Shown: positions 13,439 through 25,679, counted from the first letter of the stretch. The stretch: 64,000 nucleotides of DNA from Ramazzottius varieornatus (GCA_001949185.1 BDGG01000017.1:682001-746000), one strand, 5' to 3'. Numbers and translations are program-made. Notes: generated by a model not told the origin, from the sequence alone.

Positions 13439-15140
13439 TTCCTCCATCCTATCTGATCTTCCTCTTAGCTGTGCTTGGTGCTCTTTTTAGGCATGACGAG
13501 CAGAAACCATCTTGCTGCATCGAGTAATGTACAAAGACGCCTAATTTCATTCTCTGTGGTAAGAAATGATGAAATGTACCGTTTACTTTGTGCACGTCGG
13601 GCTGATATGGGTTAGGCACTGGTTAATAAAGAAAAGATGGCCAGGGGAAAAAGACAGATGATGTGGGTGATTATTACGCCATGAAGTTATGATGATACTT
13701 ATGAGTATCTTGTGGAAGTTGCAAGGTAGCATTGCGCAGGATGTTACCGGCAAGTGCCTCAAGATGTTTCGGCTACGCTAGTTGACGAGGAGGTCGCATC
13801 ACTGGCATGGCGACTTGGGTAAAGTGTGGCTGTTATGTAGAGCAAACACGCTTAATATTCATGCCTTGTTTGATCGCGTCGGTGTCACTTTAGGTATCGA
13901 CACTGTTGGGAAAAGAGCCGGTAGTGCATTCCGCTAGTCTGCCTTCTTGTCCGCTAGCGAGTAACGGAGACGGCAGACCAAGGGAATGCCTTGTCGAGGT
14001 ACAGGTCCATCTTGCTAACCTTTCCCTGCTGGTATGGTCAACAGGCCGAAGCCTGAAGGTGCTAATGTTATGCGGGTTCGACCGTCATCGGCCCATGTTT
14101 AGTCTCAACTTTGGGGTCAGCAATGTGGCCAGACAGACAGACAAACTGGTCGTACGGGCCCATCACCGTCTTGGCCTATACCGCCATCATCTTCATCACT
14201 GGCTTGCCGCTAATCTGCCGTCCTGCTTGACATTAGCATTAATTAGCCAGTAATCTTTTGGGCAAACTATCCGACATGGCTCGCCAACAACCGGTACGAT
14301 CCATAGGCAGCTTGCACGCCTTACTGTTTATGGGTCAAGTTCGTCGAGCCATCTGCTGTAGGACGGGGACCATCAGCTACTGTCATCTTACATATTTGCC
14401 GGTCACTGCCCACCCATTCACTCCAGAGCTAGAGGCTTGATTATTGTAGCCAGATGATGTAATGTACAAGTTCTTGTTTCGCAATTGGACTGGCTATAAC
14501 TCTACTTTGACGTTATGCAGTTCGTATGTACCATTGTTGTGTAAAGCATGCATGGTGGGCACCGGCGAACCCGCTTGATCTCTGTCCGCCACATATGTCC
14601 AGCCTTTCCTCTCTGCTATAGTTAACCAACTTATACGCTGATGTCGACTAGTCAGGCATTTTAGTTCCGCGTTTCTCTTTCCGGCTGACGCTCATCCTTC
14701 TTGGTCGGCCCCCATCTTTCTGGGTCCTAGAGCCTGCAAGCTCTCCTCTGCACTCACGCTACACATCTGTACTGCTGTTACCGACCTTGCAGTCCTAGCA
14801 TCTTTCCGTCTGGACATATTGAGCGACTGAGGGCCGTGGCATTGGTCTTCGCTCCACATCCCTCGAGCTGTTCCATTTGCTGCGCCACGTAAACCTTCCC
14901 TCCTACTGCTGCATACCCACTACTTAGCTGGATCTAAGCCTTATATCCCCTCAGGACGGCGCACAGACTGCTCTTCTTTCAAACGGGGATTATGGATTAC
15001 ACGTAGGACTTGTCAATTGGGCTCTCTTCTCCTTGCTGGACGACGCCTGAGGCTTGTGCAGTGGGAAGTACGTGCCAAACGTCAAGGGAGGGCGCTGCCA
15101 CGACCAGATTCATAACTTGCTTGTTCTCTTTTCCTCTACT

Positions 15141-16843
15141 ATGATGTGCTCTACGTGGACCTCTCTTCGGACAATCGTCACCAGATGGTCTGCAGCCAGA
15201 AGTAGCCTTCTTTTCTGTTTGCTGTGCTTGATCTTCAGCAGGACCCTGGCACAACCATCAAACAGCAGAACTCAGTGGCCTTCCAGAAACCACCCTACTT
15301 CTCATCCTCATATGGTAACCAGTGTATATGGACGTATCCAAGTCTTTATGCTTACTTCCCTGCTAGCTATAGTTGATAGTTGATAAAGTACGGATGTTTC
15401 GTTGTGCAGGGAGCAGAAACACTGGTGTCGATATTACAAGAGCGGGGTGATCCAGCGGCCGAGAGTAACGCCCACCGTCTGACCCTCTCCCTGCAGACGG
15501 CCTCGCGCTTCATCACCGACGTCCTGGAACGTTCCATCGCTGACACCCTTGGCTCCACTGTGACGGCTCGCGAGCACCTCTTCTACTCGCTGCAGTCCGT
15601 CAAGAACGATTCAGCTGGGATGGTGGAGCTGGTGGAGAGTAGCAGCGCGACGGTGGCCGAAGCGGCCAAGAAGGCCAAGCAAGAGATGAACGAGGCCATC
15701 CGCACCTCCCTTCACCATCTGGCCGAATCCATCAAGATTATCCTCCGGGCTCTGCCTCCTTCGCCCCTCAATGAGCAACGTCTGCTAACCATCATTGATG
15801 GAGCGCAGTACCGTATGGAGATTGTGGTGGAGAATGCCGGCCAGCGCATCAGGCAGGCCCTGCACAGTTACCGCGGCCATCTCCTCAAAGTCGACAAGGA
15901 CAGTGGCCAGCTGATGGTTGACGGCCCTTCCACCCAACAAGCCACCGACGTCCTCAAGCATGTCATCCAAGCCAGCCAGACGCAGATCGAAGGTGCCGTG
16001 CTAGCCGGCACGTCCTTTGTCCTGGCTCGTCTTCGCTCCTACTTGGCTGGCGAACCCCTTGCCGATACCTCGTCTTCGACACTTTCACCTCATCCTTTGA
16101 CGACAAGCCTCGCCACCTTCCCGCCCTCTACAACAACGGCAGCTACCACATCACAATTACCCTCCACCATGGGGCTCCATGACCATGTGATGGAAGACCC
16201 ACAGCATGAGGAAGTGAGCAGCACGCTGACGTCACTCTCCAGTGGCGCAACCGAAGCGCCAATGGTCATCAATACCAGTTCGTCGTCAGGAGCGCAACTT
16301 GGCTCTGCAGATGGCGCGACCACTGGCCCGACATCTACCAGGCTGCCCATAGCTCCCAATTCGACCCTAGAGGGTATCCATATTGATCAGGCAGAACAAG
16401 CAACGGTGGCTGTATTCGACACAGCCAGCAGGTGGCCAGCCTTCAATGAAAATACCAGCACCACTGCAAGTACGATGGACAGCTCGGCGTTGGGTCCCGC
16501 CTTCAGCTGGCAAGATGACTTGCTCATGTCCTTCCCAACAAGGAACGATAGTGCGACCAGTACTCCATCAATGGCTGACGATGACATGGCCGGTTGGCCA
16601 GTGGTCCGTCAAGCCACCACCAAGCGCTTCCTGCCTTTCACCAAAGATTCCAAGACCTCGAGCAGTGCCGCTAGGACCAGGAGGTCGACAGGCCTCTCCA
16701 GGCCCGCCGCCAGCCTGCCATCTGAGGGAGACAAAGTAGTAAAGCGCAATACCAGGCCTGCATCCAGACGGGACACTACTTCCCCATCGACGACGCAGAC
16801 GCTGATACGGCGGCGTATTCCTTATCATCTTCGTCCAATTTGA
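15141..16843 (+). CDS. Orphan, probably secreted protein (~535 aa): N-terminal helical domain plus Ser/Thr-rich mucin-like tail
   Basis: Exon 15141-15314 (hydrophobic SLLFCLLCLIFSRTLA) splices in phase 0 (gtaacc...gtgcag) to an open 1434-nt exon 15410-16843 with strong coding-like codon use. Several N-x-S/T sites and an RTRR furin-type site. Confidence 0.7.
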
Positions 16844-17811
16844 TAACATTCACCTGTTATCCCAGCCTTTGACATGACTTCTCTACCCTCTCCCATTACC
16901 CTCTCCTTGCGTAACTTATCCCTCCACTTTCTGTATCATTACATGCAAATTACTTCTCTTCACCACCCTTGTCGTACCTAATCATGTGTCCAATCAAATA
17001 CTATCTATCACACAGACATGATAATTATACGCTGCATTCTAAGCATCGGCCTACATAGCTACTTGTTGAAACTGACCTACTACAATAGAGATCAAAACTC
17101 GGAGCGCTGTTTATGCGTAGTTGCTTGAACTGGGTAGTGGGTACTACTGTACATACTGTAGGCTGATACCACGGTGTAGCGTAGCAAGGGAAATGAAGAA
17201 AAAGTGGAAAACCTTGAAGATGGTGTTATCTTTCGTCAGTGCCGTGTCACATATGGCACTTGCGGGGTCGTGGCAAAGACGAGCCGCTTGGATCCACTGT
17301 TGATATCCTCGGAACCGACGGTCTTTTGTGTCTGCAATGTGTCATTTGATCCTTTCTGGATGGTCAATAGTTATGTCATCTCTAGTTTCGGCAACAGTAG
17401 CAACAACGCTATCGGCCCTCAGTACGTACCTAGACAGCAATGACCATCATCCAACGCCAGACGTCGTGTCGGCTGCATGCGCTATAAAGATATAATATCC
17501 ACAGACAGAGACCGGCACTGAAGCGTCCTATTGCTCTTTCCAGTCCTTTTGTCGCCCCATTGTTACATCGCCTTGTTTCGTCAACAACTGGACCAATAAT
17601 TGCTTTGTCGGTATTCTGGCTGACACAGAGTCGACGTCTCTGCTCCTGTTCTGTGCACCAAGTGCAGTTATTATTGGCTTGACGGTAGCAAATCCGTTCT
17701 ACTTGGACCTCTCTTTCTACCTTGCAACACTTTCAGTTGCTTGTTCATCGTCGGCTCGTGGCGAAAATTACGAGATCCTTGCCTGACCGACGTCATGTTG
17801 GACTGAAGAAA

Positions 17812-18350
17812 ATGTGGCTTTTATGGAGGAAACGGTGTGGATACGGCCGAGTGGCGACCCCGGCCACGCTGTCGGAGCCCACTTCTTACTTGCTGCTCCT
17901 TTTGTCTATTGTTCTCTTGCAGCTAACTGCCCATCTTGGAACTACCGCCGCTTATGTATGGGTACATGCTCTGCTCTTACTTCTTGCCCTTTCAATCTTC
18001 GTCAAAAGTTAGACCACATGTCTTTTGCAGCCCATGAATTCTTATCAGATGTACGGCAATGGATATGCCAACACAGGTAGGCACTGCTTTGCTTGACCAA
18101 TTGTTTTTGCGGCACAGTAGGTCGGAGCTGTAATTGCCATCGTCTGTGCCATATAGGCGGACATCAGCCGGCTCCGGTCAATACCTATGCCGATTATCGG
18201 ATGAATCCAGCCAGCAACCATTATCCTCAGTATCCCAGTCCCTATTCGGTCCACCGTGACGTCGGTTGGATCGGCGGAGGCCAACCGCTAGCCGCCCTGA
18301 CCTGGCCTTCTTCTTCCCACATGTCGCCATACTCCATGCAGCCTATGTAA
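17812..18350 (+). CDS. Possible small secreted orphan protein (Tyr/Pro/His-rich, CxCxxxC motif); tentative 3-exon model
   Basis: Exon 17812-17961 ends in a signal-like YLLLLLSIVLLQLTAHLGTTAA. Exon 18049-18076 and an exon from 18118 (or 18121) keep the frame to GRSCNCHRLCHIGGHQ...MQPM. The second intron would be only 41-44 nt, and the 3' end may splice further (gtaagc at 18347). Confidence 0.35.
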
Positions 18351-19140
18351 GCTCCTAATCAACTTTAGCCCACTACCATGCATGCCACAGTCTTTCCCAC
18401 CAAACTAACCCATCTTTTGTGAAGGAGTTTAGGAAGTTATCTGTCTTATCAATGGCTAATCGACTGGTAAGTGCAGGCCGGTCGTCCCGGTCTCTTCACG
18501 GATAATTCGGTATGAAAGTGGGATCTTGCCACTTGCAGATGAACCGGCCAGCTGCCCGAGCCCGCCCATATCTTGCCAAGGTCGCCGGCGAGACGCTGAC
18601 ACCCGCCGCCCTCTCCCACACCTTACCCTTGGCGCCGTTACGCTTAGCCTCGGTATCATCTTCCTCAATGTCGAGAAACCTGATCGACCCTTATCCAGCC
18701 GCCCTCAACCTACAACAAGTTCGTCAGCTTCTTCGCCCACCCTCCATCCCCATCCTCAAACAGAAAGCCATTACACTACTACGCTTCCCATCCGAATCGC
18801 TTTTTGTTCCCTAAGCATAGCTCCCTAACAATCTCGTTAAGTTTATCGTTGAGTTACGCCAAAAGGGAACTGAACAGAGTGTCTGTTTTCCGATGATTTC
18901 TCGTTTTTTATTGTAACTTACCCGACACGACGAATAAATAATTTTGGCGATAGGCACGAAATGAAAGAGTAGACTATAAACACTACTGTCATTTTGTCAA
19001 CAGTCGTAGTAGACTTGAGGAAAAAGAAATTCATATTATGACCTTCCTGTTGCTTTTTTTAAGATGAAGGCGATAAGCTTTGCATCTTCACAGTGAGAAT
19101 TCGAGAAGGAAAGTGCGGCTGCAGGATAGCCATCACAGCT

Positions 19141-20534
19141 CTATTGCAAACCATTGGTGGTGCTCCTGGCGCTGCTACTGGAATACTTGTTGCTGCGTTG
19201 AACAAGCATCAGTTTGGTTTCTAGTACCTGTAGATTGAGAATAATCGTTGACAGATCTTGGACGTAGTCATATGAGGTGATTGGATGCATGCAATGTGTA
19301 CCGTCAATTTCTGCAGGAGACTTTGGATAAGGGTTCTTGACTGAGAGTTGGACGTAGGAGAGGCTACGTGGGATGAAGGAGCGTCCGCCAAGTCGACAAG
19401 CTCGTATCGCTGGTTATGATGGTTGAAATCGCCGTTAGCCAGGCTGTGTAGTCGCTCGACATCTTCCACGGGAAGGGAGGCATGGCCATTGTGGCCGTTG
19501 TATCGATGTTGATGAGAGTCGAGGGGCGTGTTGGTCCTGCTTTGCGAACCATCGGACTTCCGCCTGGCAGACAGCTCGTCCTTGAGATCTGCAACAACCA
19601 TAATAAGATTGGAACCCTTCGTCGCTGGCAGTGAGTGCTATACGTTGATAGCTTAGCATCGCTCTGACCCGTCAATATTGATCTTTGATGCATGACACAA
19701 AGCAGAGACAAATCGTACCTTTGATTTCATCTCGAAGACGTTGGACAACTTCTTGCTGCCCTCGCAGGTCTTCCACTTCGCTCTCCAACAAAGCTTTCTC
19801 CTCGATCAACTGCAAGGCATTCAAACAACACTAAGACCAGCCAGCACACATATGAAGAGCGAAGAAGCCAAAGTATCGGTTCTGACCGTTTCTATCCGGA
19901 GGGCGCGCGAGTCAGATAAAGCAGACATATTCCTACAAAGATGACTTACTGCACTCTGGGAATATGCCTGATTGAGAAAGGAGTGCGTACCTGGAGGCGG
20001 TTTCCAGTTCGTCATTCTTCTGCTCCAAATCTCGGCAGCGTGCTTGAAGGGTAGAGTGTTGGGCTTGGTAGCTCCTGACTTGATCCTCCATAGCTTCGAT
20101 GCGCTTCAGCAGGCGTTGTTCTTGATCCTACACGAAAAGCCCCCACATTCTTACCGTATCCGCAGGCATTAGCTAGTCAGCTGGTGTATACCTTGAGGGA
20201 GAGAATTTCTTCCCTTTGACTGGCTGTCTCGCTTTTGAGAGTGGCATACTGCTGCTGTAGCTGCTCAAGTTCCCGATTCAACTCCACCTCGTACTCGTTG
20301 CTAGTTGTCCGGTAGTCGTCCAGCTCCGCTTGAATATCTTCATACCTACAACAGACCAATCATGAAACCAAACTTACCACACAGACACAAAGTAAAGCAC
20401 GGGATTGATAGCCTGTGGCGACCAGGGGAATTCCGAAGGCATATGGTACACACTTATACAACATACTTCTGCTTCCACTCCTTGACCATCGACTCCATCG
20501 ACTGGTGGTTAACGCTTCCTCCAGTGGTCTCCAT
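19141..20534 (-). CDS. nudE: NudE / NDE1-NDEL1 family dynein regulator, multi-exon
   Basis: Coiled-coil exons YEDIQAELDDYRTTSNEYEVELNRELEQ, RCRDLEQKNDELE, VVQRLRDEIK/DLKDEL and the C-terminal helix LIQSLLQKLT/VLETKL match the NudE pattern (ELEEFQ..SRE.E.ELE; RELEQ.NDDLE; QRLKDE.RDL..EL; GDLLRKVGALESKL). Confidence 0.85.
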
Positions 20535-20945
20535 TATCCATCGGCCTTTCCTCACTAAAGCTGTCCACTTGCCAATCCGCTCGAGATCAAGATGCGGGAG
20601 AGTCTTCCATCCATTCGAGCGTGATATAAATTTTAGTAATTTTGTTGCCAGTTGAATAATCATAATTATTATTATGCCAGCTGGAGGCCTGCAGCCTGCA
20701 GAGAGTGCAGGCGACTGGCGACTTGACGGCCTAGGGCTGAATTTGACTTTATGGATAACCCCTGGGTCGGTCGGAATCGGTCCAGCGACTCCAGCCACAG
20801 CACTCGAACAAATCGCACGCTGATCCATCAATCAAGCCATACTGTTGTGCTACAGATTCAATTTGAGCCCAAGGGGCGACTTGCACAGGCGAAAATTTCG
20901 AGCCATTCCCCTGCCCACTAAAGATCTGTGCCCTTCGGTGGTTAA

Positions 20946-22032
20946 GGTCCCTTTCACAACAGGGAGTGGAGCACTCTTGTGCAGGGAAGTTTCTTATCCG
21001 CTGGTCGGATCTCTTCCCGCAAAAATTCTTGAGTGAACATCCGGTCTTGGAAATCGTCATGCATGTTTTGATTGACAGGATTTACTCTTGGTCATCCGGC
21101 ATCCGGGGAGGTTTTGCTTGATTGTCCGCACGCCACAGCCTGACCCGCCTAGTGTGGACTTTGGACTCTATGTCACTCAGCTATTTCTTACTCGAACAGC
21201 TGATAACTGTTACAAGGCCAGCAGCTGTTTTGAGTGCGTTGATTAGTAGTGTGTTGATTGGTGAATTCAGTTAACTTATGCCGGTGTTTTCTGGAGTTGC
21301 TTACATGGAGAATTTTCGGCTTCTGGAGGTCGGATTCAGACTTTCTTGGTGTCAAAATGTAGCCAAGAAGCTATTGCCCGTATAGGAAGTGATTGTGATG
21401 ACAGTGTTGCAGCCAGAATAGACTTGCTGGAAATTCTCAGTTTGGCGAATTTGGCGAATGAACGAACAGGTGTCGAGCGCAGGTGTGCAGTGAGCATCAG
21501 AACATGACGACACGCATCTAAAAACAGCGGTTCCGTCGCCGTTTAACTTGATTAGATGCACCCGAACGCCGAACAACTACAGGACTGCTTGGTTGACGAA
21601 AATTTGCACTGCGTGCATTCAGCCGGTAAAGAGGCTGAACAAAGTGATCGAATTAAGCCAATCGCAGATTTATTCAGAAAATGGAGAATTTCCAGCAACT
21701 CTACGCCAGAAACATCTGAATGAAACTCAGAGAGAACAGCCATTTTTTCGTTTGAAAAGATGATGACGTATAAACAGCTGCGGTGAGTCAGAAAGGCTTA
21801 TCAGTGCTACGGTCCAAAGTCCAAACTCCCTGAGTCAGACTGTACCGTGCGGACAATCAAGCAAAATATCCCCAGATGCGGGATGACCAAGAGTCAATCC
21901 CGTCAATCAAAACACGCATGACGATTTCCAAGACCGGATGTTCACTCAAGACTTTTTGCGGGAAGAGATCCGACCAGCGGATAAGAAACTTCCCTGTACA
22001 AAAGTGCTCCCCTCCATGTTGTGAAACCGACC
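20946..22032. mobile_element. Non-autonomous DNA transposon with ~260-bp imperfect TIRs and TTAA target-site duplication (Kolobok-like termini)
   Basis: TTAA (20942-20945) GGTCCCTTTCACAACAGGGAG... and ...CCATGTTGTGAAACCGACC TTAA (22033-22036). Arms ~20946-21205 and ~21772-22032 are inverted copies, also visible as mirrored ORFs MTISKTGCSLK. No transposase inside. Confidence 0.8.
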
Positions 22033-22241
22033 TTAATCGCATTAAGATATTTCCACTTCCGGTTCGGCAGAATTCTGGGTTTGGTCAGAAGGAATGTGAA
22101 AGATGCTGCGGAAGTTGGCAGATCTAGAATTTACATCCCTCAGTGAGGTTGCTTTCAAGTGATCCTTGCGGCAGCATATCATTGATTGCTGGACCTTGCT
22201 GTGCTTGACCTGCCTTGTGGCCCTACTGCAGACGCCTGGGA

Positions 22242-22709
22242 ATGGCCGGTCTCGCGCTGACGGAAGTCGCCCATCGTTTGAACGTACGGAAATTGTACAA
22301 GGCTGTTCTGCGCTTACATCGTGGTTTACCAACGGAGCTGAAAATTTTAGGTGACAAGTATGTGCGAGAGGAGTTCCGGCGGCACAAGACAGCAGACCGC
22401 AATTCGGATTATGTGCGAGGCTTCATGATCGAGTGGACGGATTATGCCATCACGCTGGCCAAGCAACTCTCCACACGGGCCATGACGGCACAAAGCAGGC
22501 AGTCCCAATCCGTTGAAGACGAACATGGTATCGAAGAAGAGTCGTCGGAGCAAGCGAATGGCCAGCCAGCTCTAATAAGAGTCGGCCGGGATTTGGGAGA
22601 GGAAAAGCTGTCTGTCTTCTCACAGGAACAACTGTTGCAGCTGTACGCCCTCAAACAGGAAACCGAGAAACCACCTCCTCTTCCTGCTTCGTCCACAGCC
22701 GCAAGATAG
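22242..22709 (+). CDS. SDHAF3: Succinate dehydrogenase assembly factor 3 (ACN9, LYR-motif protein), intronless
   Basis: MAGLALTEVAHRLNVRKLYKAVLRLHRGLPTELKILGDKYVREEFRRHK...FMIEWTDYA...EQLLQLYAL matches the SDHAF3/ACN9 signature (LY..L.LHR.LP....LGD.YV..EFRRHK). Confidence 0.92.
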   Translation: MAGLALTEVAHRLNVRKLYKAVLRLHRGLPTELKILGDKYVREEFRRHKTADRNSDYVRGFMIEWTDYAITLAKQLSTRAMTAQSRQSQSVEDEHGIEEESSEQANGQPALIRVGRDLGEEKLSVFSQEQLLQLYALKQETEKPPPLPASSTAAR

Positions 22710-23521
22710 ACTACCTCAGTGGTTCGGGGAAAGATGCTTCGGCAGTCATGTCAGTGGACGACCAGCAGTGATTTTCTGTTCGTGCCGAATTGTCACTCGA
22801 AGTTTCGGCTACTTTTATATAGTAGTTTTATATCTGTCATGTGGACGGAGGGGTTTTCTGTTCAGCTTTCAGCCACGATGTACTATTGCGAATAAACTAT
22901 ATTTTATTTCAGGTGTTGCGGTGTAGCTTTTCGGCGAAAAGCGAAATGAGGAGTTGGCATCATGTCTGTAAGCATGTGGCAGTGAAGCCGGATAAGCTGA
23001 CTATACTGTATACTGTGCCAATAAAACATTTCTCGGAAGTCTACCAACAATCAACACGGAGTGTTCTGCTTGACTTCCCGAGTTTCGAATCCAAGTGGGG
23101 AAACGAACCATTGCGCTCTTGTACCTGTAACTAGCCTTGAAGTTTTGGCCTGCAAGCTATGGAGCTTCTTGAGTGAGTGAAGCCGGGTCGCGAAGGACCT
23201 CAACAGCCCCTGCTAAGCAAATCCACGAGAGCCAGCCTCTCTAGATAACTGCAGTTGGTCGTGATTACTGTCGCCTCATCACATTATCCACTTGATCTGC
23301 ATAACAATAGTCGAGTTCTTTCGAAGAAGCAACCCTCTCCTGTACGAAGCATTACGTATTACCGACCGACAACGCTTCGTGCCAGTGAAGCAATGGTACA
23401 GCGTCAATATAAGCTCCTGCCTCCAGCAGGAGTTCATTCGTGATTTTGTGTAATTCCTTTCTTGTACTGGCATCCAGTCTATCTGGTCTCGACCCCCATA
23501 ACCTTTTCCCAGCTTTCGAAA

Positions 23522-23888
23522 ATGCATTGGAGAGTATACGGACTTTACCTTGTGATGGCCCTCGTCCTCGCTCTTGAAGTTTCCGCCAAGGACACGGCTG
23601 GACTGAAGCAGCTCTTAAGTAAAGACCTTCTGAACTAGTGACACTAAGCCTGGTATAACTGTCTGTTTTCTTATTCCTTGCAGGAGCCAAGCGGGATGGA
23701 TGGGGAGGCGGATCGTATGGCTATCGTGGCTTTGGCGGCTTCGGCGGTCTAGGAGGTTTCGGTGGTGGCTTCGGCTTCCCCATGTAAGTCAGGACCTCCG
23801 TCTCCGTGTCGCCGTCCCTAACATTCACTATGTCTTGTTCGATCTCAACAGGGGTGGTTATGGATATGGTTACCGACGTGGAGACTGA
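23522..23888 (+). CDS. 77-aa secreted glycine/aromatic-rich prepropeptide (antimicrobial-peptide-like), 3 exons
   Basis: Exons 23522-23618, 23684-23783 and 23852-23888 (GT-AG introns of 65 and 68 nt) join in frame: MHWRVYGLYLVMALVLALEVSA-KDTAGLKQLL-RAKR-DGWGGGSYGYRGFGGFGGLGGFGGGFGFPMGGYGYGYRRGD*. Confidence 0.82.
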
Positions 23889-25289
23889 GGAGATATTCCT
23901 CCACAAGACATACCTCCAGCCATGTGACAAATGCCTGAGAAACTACTAAGCACAATGTGGAACATATTCCGAGAAGCACTTCTTCTCCTCTATATTTGGA
24001 TCAGACAAGGCAGATTGCTCGCCTGCGGCTGACCCTTGAATATTCGATTACGCTTGAGATTATGTTGACAATATTCGTCATAACGACAGTGGGCACCTCG
24101 AACCTAATAGCAAGATCTTCAATCAACAGTGTTTTCAACCGGAAGCTTTTTTGACTTTTTTCTTGATCATTTGTCGGAGGCTTCGGTGGTTTTATGTAAG
24201 CGTTTTTGGTTGATATGAGGTCGACAACAGAGAGAGAGCTGCGCCAGTTGGAGTTGCGATAGCGGTCATCTCGAGACCCTTACGATCAAGAGCCTTGTTT
24301 CAGCACGGAAATTAAACTTCAAATTACGTTGCATTGGTTATATGGCCAAGAATTAATGGATCTCCGACGAAAGTTAAATCAAAAGCAAAGATTCGACGAA
24401 TGAAACCAGCACCATTTAGTAGAAAACATACACTTGCCCCATTCTGGCATATGCTCCATAAATGGCCGTTTCAGATTTTGTAAAACTTGCTCCCGCGTCT
24501 CCAGGAGCCCCTGGACAGAAAATTCTTGCGTTATAGTGACAAAGGGGTAGGATACCGTAAAAACCATCTGTCGCTCGAACGCTCATAAGTTTTAAACATG
24601 AACGTCTACCGCCGTCTACGACATTAGAATTAGCAGTACCCGGAGATGAATTAAGGCTTGCGAGGTAGATACAGTTCCATGTTGACGAGTAGCGAACGAT
24701 TAGCCGTCATTTCCGGTTCGCATGTACAACCTGATTCGACCAGGACGTAGTCTTGTCCAAATATAGAAACCGGGCCTATGAAAAGAAGCCAGCTTAACAA
24801 TGGTCTTTGGCGGTCTTGTCAGAGCGGAGGGAGCAGCCGATGACCAGTCTGACCTGGGGGATGAGTTATGAAGAGATAGGGGGTGAAGAGCTGCCGACAA
24901 CCGCCGTTCACATACCAACACTTGGTCCGCCTGTCAAGACAAGAACCATGTCATTGGAATGGCTTCTCCCCTTTTAGCATGCAGCCTACTAAATCTAAAA
25001 CAGTGTTGGAGTCTGAGGGAGCAAACTTACTTGCATTTACTATAGGTGATAGTCTGAACAAAGAGTCCCGGAAACTGGGCAATCCACACTGTGGCGCCAG
25101 AGGTTGCCGAAGTTGCGTTGATTGGTGTCACCTAATTGGCCCAACACAAGCAAGTAATTGAAAGTGATGTCGAGTTTGGTCAAGAATGGAGTGGATATCA
25201 TACCACGTCGGTCGTAGTTTCGCATGGGCTAGATGGCAAGTCGAAACACCTACAAGAAAGCCAAGAACCCACTGGCATGCCTATCCGCT

Positions 25290-25679
25290 TCACCCGCCTC
25301 TCATGGGATGGGAGGGAACGGCGTTGGATACTAACCCTTTGTCGGTACAGAAATCGTCACTCTTGCGCGCCATCCGTAATCGACCACCTGCTGTGTCCAG
25401 TAGTTCACGCATATCAGCGTGTACCTCCATCAGGGACTTGGGAATAGCTTGTGGGTTGGCTTGGAAAGGTCCGAAAGAAGCAGCTGATGATAGACTCTTC
25501 CCTTGGCGAAGTCCATGGGCCTGCTGATTGCCCTCCATACCTGTGGCGCACTGGCTGTCCATCTCAGTAGTGATGTGCTTCAGTCCGTCGCTGCCTCTAA
25601 TGCAGTCCGCCGTCAAGGAACATTTTACAGAGGCCAGCAAGCCTGTCAACAAAATGACACTAAACTCTAGAAACTTCAT
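25290..25679 (-). CDS. Possible small secreted orphan protein (129 aa)
   Basis: Starts with a classic signal peptide MKFLEFSVILLTGLLASVKC. The rest has three more Cys and no recognisable domain. The 3' end may be spliced. Confidence 0.4.
   Translation of the reverse strand: MKFLEFSVILLTGLLASVKCSLTADCIRGSDGLKHITTEMDSQCATGMEGNQQAHGLRQGKSLSSAASFGPFQANPQAIPKSLMEVHADMRELLDTAGGRLRMARKSDDFCTDKGLVSNAVPSHPMRGG

Noticed and set aside
20749-22127. Two near-identical ORFs MTISKTGCSLK... on opposite strands
   Set aside because: Products of the inverted arms of the TTAA element, not a gene pair.
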